DNA of 64,000 nt. Origin: Lobosporangium transversale (lineage: Eukaryota). The stretch covers positions 186,001 through 250,000 of the forward strand of contig NW_019028999.1 in the NCBI RefSeq assembly GCF_002105155.1. The letters are read 5' to 3'. The translations under genes were made by a program, and so were the position numbers. Positions 55,344 through 64,000 of the stretch are shown here, one piece after another. The notes beneath the pieces were generated by a model. It was given only the letters and a program-made list of their open reading frames with translations. It did no database searches and had not been told where the DNA came from. Every line of letters begins with the position of its first letter. Positions within the stretch are counted from its first letter, which is position 1.

Positions 55344-58208
55344 TTAGAGCAACCCTTCGATCATTGAGCGAATATTAGAAACCATCTCTATCGTCTTGAT
55401 AATGGACTCCTCGCCTTCCACAAAGTCGGAAGGTTCCCAAGAAGATACTTGACCTACGCCAAGGTGTGGGTTCTCGCTGAACCGCATTGTCCATGAATCT
55501 CTATACATCTATACATATGTGCATAGAACACATGAAGATTGAAGCGCGAAGGCATACAGATTGTGAGCACTATTGGATATCATATCTAGCGTCATGCTCA
55601 AGCAAAAGGCGAAGCCAGAAGGTTTTACTTACTGAAACGGAGTACAGCTCTTGATCAGGCTCTGTATCAAGAGTCAGGTATTGGAAGGGTGCTGCAGGCC
55701 TTTCGCGTGTCCAGAAAGAGTCCTTTGTCAGCTCAATCGTCCACGGATCCCTCACGAATAACCACTTCTTCGAACGTCGAATGTGTCTCAGTTGCACGTA
55801 ACTCGTGTCGGCTGAAACGAGCTTGCCGTCTTCTCCTTTACTAATGGATTTCATATAGGGCAAGCAGATCAAGAATTGGTAAGCAGAGTATATCAAGTTC
55901 AAAGCAGTATTTTCATGATATTTTCTATACCTTCTGTCCAAACTGAGTTGGTGTACAAATTTCCCTTCCGGTGAGAACTTGTCCAGCTCTAACCGCCTTC
56001 TTGTAGTAACACTCCATGTCCATGAGAGCTTCCTATTAACATCGATTTATGTGTTATGGTTAGATGTGCTTTCAATGATATGGGCCTTCGTAAAGTATGC
56101 TGCGTGGCTGGTTTAGGTATTACTTCTCAGATGAAAGGACCCTAATGTTAAGAGGAGTCGATGTTTGCACTAATGCATTCCAGAGACCGACTTTGCCGTC
56201 ATCTCGAAATGTCATTTCCGTCTGGACATTGATAGGTCTTTCGTTAGGAGGCTCGCCTCTTTTCAGCACACCAAGCGTCCAAACCGCCTCAGGCTCGATA
56301 ACAGATAGCTGGCCGAGGGAAGAGAGCCTCGCTTTAAGCTTACGGAAAAGGTCTGTTGAGTCGGTCAAAAACGGGCTGAACTCGGTTATTAAGCGGGGGT
56401 CGGGGAGAACACTAATGTCCATCTCACGAACCTGGTATAGACTCCTACTAGGGTATTCTAAAAAGCGAATACGCCCGATACTGCATTCAAAAGATTTTTT
56501 TGTCAGGAAGCTTTGACTTTTTTTTACCATGAAGTTACAGCTGTGAAAATTTGTAAACCTCATACTTGATTCGCATTTGGATTTCTCGATCCAACAATTG
56601 TACTTGACCGAGTGTAGTTTCCAATGCTCTACGGATGCGTGTAATGTTTTGGTTCGTCATACTATATGAAGTTGAATGTATATATTACTTAGCGAACTTA
56701 TTGTCATGAATCCAGTTTCAAATGATCACATGAAAATCATCCATGGTAGTTACTTTTCAATATACGCCATCGATTGAATATAAATATCATCTTGACTCAA
56801 AGCACCTGCTTGCGCCGCATTCCGCATAATGTTGACCCCATTTTCAGCCTTAATCTGTGAATTGGTGTCGCCTCTTTCAATCGCCGCCATTTGCAAATCA
56901 AGATCATGAAGATTCTCATATCCTGCCACTAGTCTGGCTCTCAAGAAATGATTAGGATTGCTTTCCTTTCGTGATCTGATTTGAGGCATAGCCAGCTGGG
57001 TCGGCAAATCAATATAAGGCACGCGTGGATCTGGAACCAATTCAATCTCTACAAGCTTCGATGGTTTTTCTAGGACATGACAAACGGTCTCGATGGGTGG
57101 CCTAGTCTATTGAATCCCGAAATTTGTGGCGTGAAATGGTGAAGGGAGCTCAGAATCTTTATTAAATAAACCCAATCTATACCGCTCAAGTGAAAAAAAT
57201 AACATACCCGCATGAGGATGTAGTTTTTAATGCGATTCATAGCCGACAACACGTTATTCTTGTCATTACCAGCAACATGAATCTTTTTGAAAGAAAAATA
57301 ATAGTGGTGAGCAATAGTCTTTCTATTTGTACGTAAACAGACAAAATCCATGATGCATTGTGTAATCAACTTACTAGGTCTGCGTTCTCTAGCCAGATAA
57401 AACACTTGAATTCAGTTCTCAAGTTGTTAAGGACGATCAAATTGCTACCAAGAAGACGACCGATAGGCTGATCTTTGGGCCACTTAATACAGTGATTAAA
57501 CGCTAAATCCTCCGTTGGTAAATTCAGATAACGTTGACTCTCGAAAAGCTCTTTCTCCCTGCGTTCCTTTTTTCTCTTTTCGGCTTTCGTCAACTCGCGC
57601 TCTGGTTTCGCCCAGCCCTTTGATTTAGTCGCCTTCCGTTTGGTTTCAGCCATCTACGCGATCAATTTTATATGAAAAGTTTAACAACTTGATAGAATGA
57701 TTGCATCATATAGTTCTGTGGAGTTGATGGATGTGAACTTGTACATACGTCCTGGTAGACCGAAGCAAAGTATGTAAGCTGTTGCTTCGCCTTCTGAATG
57801 CATGCTGTCGGGCCCCAAATCTCGACTCGCTAGAGATCGCAGACCGAGAGAGTTTCGAATTTTAGTCGTAATACAAGTAGCACATTCAGAAGACAGTAGT
57901 ATCATGAGGAATCTGGTACCTCCTGGTCAGGATTTAACACCATGTGTGTCGCTGAATCCGTCTCTAGCGCCTTGAGCTGTTCTTGTAGCTCTCTAATGTC
58001 GGCATAAGGAGGAACCTACAAATATTAAGTCATTAGTTCGAGAACGCCTGCTTGCAAGAGATTGAAGGCATTAGATCTGTCTAATGAAAAATAATCGACT
58101 TACAAACCAATAATCATCGCATTCCGTGGAATCCGTTCGAGTAGTAACCGTGCGGTTACTACTGGTTGTACTTCTCCAATTGTAAGCACCAACGTCATCG
58201 GGATCCAT
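55344..58208 (-). CDS. Conserved-looking multi-exon hypothetical protein with degenerate KH-like N-terminal modules
   Basis: Chain of minus-strand exon ORFs with GT-AG boundaries from MDPDDVGAYNW to ...IRSMIEGLL*. Segment IKWPKDQPIGRLLGSNLIVLNNLRTEFKCFIWL...IHVAGNDKNNVLSAMNRI has a KH-like pattern. Confidence 0.7.
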
Positions 58209-58426
58209 GGCGAGCAGCTGTTGGAAATGAGCGACAAAAGGAAGAAAGAAAGAAAGTACAAAATAAACAAACACGACAATGCTCGCAAGGTTTCCCAGGC
58301 GCGCGCCTCTGTGACCTCACTTTTAACTGAATAATGTCAGAGAAATCTCTTTTTTTACATTCTCATTTCTCACGAGTAGAATAGCGATTCATTTATAACA
58401 GCTAATGTCTTCCCTTTTATAACAAT

Positions 58427-61400
58427 ATGTCCTCGTCACTTGACCTGCAAACACTCGAGCAGAACTGCGAGACCCTTTATAACCCATCCAGTCCTTCTAG
58501 CAGGATTCAAGCTGAAAGCTTTCTCAACTATTACTGTCCCACATTTAGTATCGAGTCAGGTGCTAATAGCAACAATGCGTTAGATGCCACACACGCCCAC
58601 AACTCTTGTGCCACCTCACCAATCGAGTCTGCGTTGTTCTGTCGAAATATACTCGAAAATTCAAAAAACCCCTATGCCTTGATGTAAGGTTATCCACATG
58701 CTCTTGGTAACCTTTGGATACAAGCGCGCTTTGTTAATTTATGTCTCCTATCTAATATTATAGGTTTGCGACGACACGTCTCAGATCACTGGTCGAGAGT
58801 CATTTCACGACCTTCAGTATAACTGAGCAGCATGGCCTTCGTATGTGCCTCATGACCTCCCTTCTGCTAGTTATAATCAGCCTTTTGTATGCATTATTAT
58901 TGATTGATGATCAATAATTCTAAATTATATGTGGTTATTGTTAGGTACATTTGTACTCCAATATATCTACCAAAAACCTGATTTGCCACCATTTATTCTT
59001 GCTGCACAGGCACAACTTCTTGCAATCATAACAAAGTTGGGCTGGCTCCAGAACGAAGGATTCCGTACGCTCTTAGACAGCGTTCAGCCCTTTTTCCAGG
59101 TAATGAAGCTTTTACAGCGTAGCAATTGGCTAACAAGCGATTAGTCAGCTGATTTGGTATTATGTGTCGGATGACCAGCATGGAGTAGATCACCGCATCA
59201 TAGGAGTACGTATACTTGCTGCTATAGCCACAGAGATGAATATCCTTGGTTCTCATAATGTTCTCAAAAACAGAAAATCAGCTGTGGGCTTCCGGGACAC
59301 CCAATTGCTTCCAATCTTTCAGGTTGCTCTCGACATGCTTCGAGCTGTGCTTCGGTGCCAACTCTCCGGTATGATTTACGTATTTTCAGCCTCATCACAA
59401 AGTTTCTTTTGTCACATCCAAGTATTAATCCGCCGACTGGTCAACTATATTGTCTCTTCTCTAACTCCACTCTGTATATAGGCACGGATACCGAAAAATT
59501 GAAGGAAGCAATACTGATTTTGATTAAGGCTTGTCTTGGCTTTGACTTCATTGGAACATCCTATGAAGAATCATTAGATGATGTCGGAAGTATTCAAGTC
59601 CCAGCTGCCTGGAGATCGGTCTTTGAAGAGTCAGGGTACCTTGATATTCTATGGGAATGCTGGAAGGCATTCTCAGCACCTGTGTCTGCACTAGTAATGG
59701 AGTGTTTATCCCAGGCAGCCTCAATTCGTCGCTCTATTTTTACAGATGACAATACTCGACACTCCTATGTATGTCATATAATGCGGGAAACATTGTGGAC
59801 AATGAACACCGCTGCGGGCCAAAATAAACTGCAGGATGTCGGAAATTTCCATGAGTTTTCACGTATGCTGTCACGTTTCAAGAGCACCTTCCGACTAGCC
59901 GAGACTTGCGATTACTCGGAAGCCGAACAGTGGCTCACAGCAATTGGGGAGTTCACAGCTCAAGGATTTCACTCCTGGAAGGTACTCTTCGAGCTCGATT
60001 TGGAGATTCCTGGTATTATGTCAGGTTCCAGAACTTATAATAATACGAACTTATGAAATCTATCCTCTTATAATAGTGGTCACCAAATACTATACCATAT
60101 CTCCTTACATTCTGGAACAAAACAGTATCAGGGCTCAGCTCAGCGAAACAAGAAACAGAACGTCTAATTGAGAGAATTACTGTCAAATTAACGAGGGCCT
60201 TTCTTAAGTCATGTTTGGAATGTGTTTATGCCGTCATGGATGGCGAGGCAGATGGTAAATAACTAATGCAAAGGACGAACATATCGGTGATAATACTGTA
60301 GCCATTTACTCAGATGCTTAATTTTTATCGCCATCCTATAGATCCACTAGAATCAGAAGAAGCTCTGTTACCCTTACTGGAAATGTTTGCCGATATTGCA
60401 CGCACAAAGTATAGTGAATCAGGTCAGATCATCTGCACCGAGTTTAAAGATCTTTTGCTGAAATACCAAGATTTGCTTCAGAGAGCTACTACAGGACCTG
60501 GCAACCCGTCGCGGGTACCTGTTTCAAATGATATCAAAGAAAGTCTTATGGTGGTCCAGCTGCAACTTACGTGGATAGTCTACATCATGGCTGCATGCAT
60601 TGGTGGTAGAGTTGTAAGTGAAGTCCTCGAAAAGAAATAATTGACACAATCAACAGCAACAAAACGTTCTGAATGACTAAACTAATTCCCCTGAATCCCA
60701 CAAACTTAGATGTACCAAAGCACGTCCGAACAGGACCAGATGGATGGAGAGTTTGCATGCGAGGTCTTGGGCTTCATTCATCAGCTTCGAATTTCAACGA
60801 CCCAAATGCCTTTATACATTTCTTCCCCGGATGCCCATTTATATATACAGTCCTCTATCATATATTTCTACATTCAGTTTCGGAGCTCCTACATTGATGA
60901 AGATACAGCAAAAGCTGGTAAAGTGTATATACAATTGGCAGCACGATGGGGTCTAAACACCCCAAGCCAAGTTCTCAACGTAATCATGAATTCATCTCTT
61001 GGCAATCTTCGGTCAAGCGGTAACCCTGCCTGGAGGAAACAAGAGGACCAGCTTGTTTTTCGGACCCTCAAGCTGTTCACTACTCTCTCCTCAGGGTAAG
61101 ACAGGACATAAAGGAAAAGTAGAGCGATCACCGCCCTGTTAAGACCTAAATATCCATGTTGCTCAGCTCCAAGGCTTTATATTGTATGCAATAGATACAG
61201 CTCTGTGAAATTCATTCGGAAACTTGATACAACAAAGGCTTTGTTAAAGAATCATAGCCCAAGCGAGTTTCAGTTCTTGAACCCAAAAAGTAGAAACCCG
61301 AGCTCAGATATGGGACAATGTAGGACAATTTACTATAAGATGCTTTCGCAGATTTTGTTTTCAGAAGACAATGTGGATGCAGACTTTTGGCGGTTTGTTA

Positions 61401-63161
61401 AGCCTTGGGAGACGATTCTGGATCAGATACTAGTCGCATTTGAAGGAGGAGGAGGCTTAAATGAAGAGGATATTCAAGTATGCATTTTTCAAAAGGACGT
61501 TCTTTTCCTTGTCACTTTTTATTTTCCATTGTTTATACCTTGGTCAGACTAACTAATGGGTTTTCACAATCATATCTATTAACAGCTGACTCTCCTAGGT
61601 GTTTTTAAAGATTTACGTGGGTTCGTGACAAGCATCAGCAATAGGAAACAGTTCAATCTATTCCACGAATGGTTTTTTGCCGCTTACAGCCCCATTGCCT
61701 TACGTGCAATTGAGATTTGGCCACAAAGTGAGCTTGCGATTACCGTCTTGAGGTTCTGGCAGGAGTTTGCGACTAACAAGAGCAGCCGAGTTACTTTTGA
61801 CAGCAGCAGTGCGGATGGCATCCTCCTCTTCCGCGAGACAAGGCAAGTTGAGGATGCGTTGTTATAATATTCTCTTTTCATTGGCGCCAATATTTGCTAG
61901 CTAATCAGTGATCCAAATGAATCAATAGTAATATTTTGCAAACGTTAGGCCAAAATCTGCTGGTGCGACCCCTTTTAAATGGGGACAATCGTTGGTTGAA
62001 CAAGTAAGCAAATATTAAATACAGCTTAATTTTGAAATAATTTCTTGATTAACCAGTAAATTTGTTACCCTCGTCTAAATTTCTAGATATAAAGGAACCA
62101 TACTCTTCTTTAATATCATGTTTGTGTCTCTGTCTGGAAAGTATGCCAATTTTGGCGTGTTCAAGCTTTATGGAGACAAAGCACTGGATCGTGTCCTCGA
62201 ATTATTTTTTCAGCTGATAACTGCTATACCTATCGATGATATGATTGTAACCTCGATACTAGTGCTCGCTTCCATACAGCATGCAATATATTTATAATGA
62301 TATGGATTGACTTTTTAAACTTTGATGAACTACCATAGTCCTATCCAAAGCTTGCCCTTGCCTACTTTAACGCTGTAAACGTGTTCGCAACAGACCACAT
62401 GGCTGGATTACCAATGATGCCCCATGCAGTGTTGTCCTATATCTTCCAAACTATGGGCGAAGCTATACCTCTACACTCAACTGATGCCACTTGCTCGACA
62501 TTAGCCTGCTCTGCGACCGATAAGATCTGCACCTTCGTGTTTAATTGGCTTTACAGGGACAAGATTCGTAGGCATAGTGGTACTGATGCAGAGAAAATTC
62601 AAGGCTCATCTTTAAATAGAGATGGTTTAGTGAACAATGTCAGTCAGCAAAATGAAGGACATGTAGTAAGCTTGTCCAACGATAGCCGTCGGTACCAGCA
62701 GCAGAGCTCACATTGGTTGGTGGAGTATGTGCATACTAACAAGAGCATGCTCAGCTATATTTTTATGGTGCTCTTTCAAGCCGTGGCTTTCGAAAGTCGC
62801 GGGAATCATTGGAGTCTAAGTCGACCTTTGCTGGGACTCATCCTTCTGAACAGAGAGTTCTATGCAGAATACACAGTGCGATTTGTAAGAATGCAGTTAC
62901 TAGATCGGCAGGAGCTGCTCCAAAAAGCAATCGATGGCGTAAGCACTTGCAATTTGTACCTTGTTAGAGGCTAGAACCTGCGAAATGGCAACAATTAACT
63001 TCATGACTTTTTATTTCAAATAGCTAATGGAGGGCATTGAGAATAACTTGACTACTGCCAACCGCGACAAGTTTACAACAAACGTAACAGCTTTTAGACG
63101 TGAATGTAACCAGATGACTCTAATAGCGATTAATCCTGACGATATTGGACAATTATTGTAA
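58427..63161 (+). CDS. XPO7: Exportin-7 / RanBP16-17 family karyopherin
   Basis: LQTLEQNCETLYN, ITKLGW, FRDTQL, CLGFDFIGTSYEESLDDVGSIQVPAAW, NFHEFSRMLSRFK, QLTWIVYIMAACIGGR, DLRGFV, FDSSSADGILLFRE, NFGVFKLYGDKAL, NHWSLSRPLLGLILLN, NRDKFTTN. Confidence 0.93.
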
Positions 63162-63265
63162 TAAACAAATAAAATGATACAGTAGGACAGTAGGAGGTTT
63201 GTTTATTCAGTTATTAAAATTATAATGCTAATTCGTGGGTTTACTGCTTGAAGTTACTTGGCTGA

Positions 63266-63400
63266 CTTTAAAGTTAGAGACTCATACCGATATCGGTATT
63301 AGTCAATTATAAGCCTACCACTTAATAAACCTTTTGTAATTGATAGCGGACTAACCAAAATGGCAGCGGTAGAACATCGGTATGAGCCTCTGTTTTAAAG
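63266..63400. repeat. Small imperfect inverted repeat (arms about 25 bp), possible tiny MITE
   Basis: CTTTAAAGTTAGAGACTCATACCGAT ... ATCGGTATGAGCCTCTGTTTTAAAG. Confidence 0.55.
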
Positions 63401-63456
63401 ACTTGAGTTCACCAAGACAAACGCAGGAGTATTGGGTCAGATAAAGGGAAAATTAC

Positions 63457-63882
63457 GATCGTATTGATTTTAGTATCAGGTGGCTAGTATGGCATACTAG
63501 TACTGCGTACCAAAATAACGAAAATTTAGTATGACATACTCGTACTGCGTACCAAAATAACAAAAACAATTCCGCTTCCACAGCTGCAAAGTATCCAAAC
63601 TCACCATCCCTCTTCACAAAACCTGTCGTATAGAGCATCTGGTCTCTATGGTTCCTGAGAACGCGGATATACGTATATGGAGTACTCAGGCACTCTGGGA
63701 GCATTGTAGAGATGGATCCCGTAAATGCATATTAATATTAATTTCACCCTCGTCCCGAGCGCTCTTTTTTCTGATGAAGTGATACTAGGCGCAGTACGAG
63801 TATGTTATACTAAACTTTCGTTAATTTGGTACGCAGTACGAGTATACCATACTGGACACTTGATACTAAAGTCAATACGATC
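63457..63882. mobile_element. Non-autonomous DNA transposon (MITE/foldback-like) with 93-bp terminal inverted repeats
   Basis: 63457-63549 versus the reverse complement of 63790-63882: 84/93 identical by hand alignment. Each arm holds about 41-bp tandem subrepeats. No target-site duplication recognised. Confidence 0.75.
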
Positions 63883-64000
63883 TTTTTATATCTGTATGGA
63901 TTCGATGACATACCTCTAGCAAAAAAGGGGACGGAAAGGTGTGCTTTGCATTTTTGTAGGCAGGGAATAAAAAATGAAAATGGTAAATGGGGCTAGATGC

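Noticed and set aside
58427..63161. U12-type (minor) introns in XPO7, GEM1 or other genes
   Set aside because: No RTATCCTT donor was found at any inferred exon boundary.
63453..63919. Repeats as a CRISPR array, and ORFs 63453-63704 and 63725-63919 as genes
   Set aside because: The context is eukaryotic, the repeats are inverted and tandem without unique spacers, and the shared peptide WYAVRV.HT just reflects the TIRs.

Overview
This is intron-rich fungal DNA. The many long poly(A)/poly(T) tracts and the retention of XPO7 and LAMTOR3 suggest an early-diverging fungus, probably Mortierellaceae/Mucoromycota (inference). About 22 spliced protein-coding genes can be reconstructed: a coiled-coil protein with a Mieap/IRKI-like C-terminus, a dienelactone hydrolase ending in SKL, SFC1, a membrane-anchored alginate/glucuronan lyase, NAS6/gankyrin, a PCL-type cyclin, HSE1, an LRR-less CCR4 paralog, SEC12, LAMTOR3, CAB1, GEM1, ZDS1-like, RPS4, CAP1, PXA1, a MULE/FAR1-derived DNA-binding protein, a roughly 70-aa YABBY/HMG microprotein, XPO7 and hypothetical proteins. 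A MITE-like element with 93-bp terminal inverted repeats lies at the right end. LAMTOR3 and the YABBY protein are largely invisible in the ORF track. No rRNA, tRNA or CRISPR was found. Most of the window is housekeeping. The most notable items are the type II lyase, the domesticated transposase, the MITE, several very tightly spaced tandem gene pairs and some unusual splice sites. Gene models were spliced by eye, so exon boundaries need RNA-seq confirmation.
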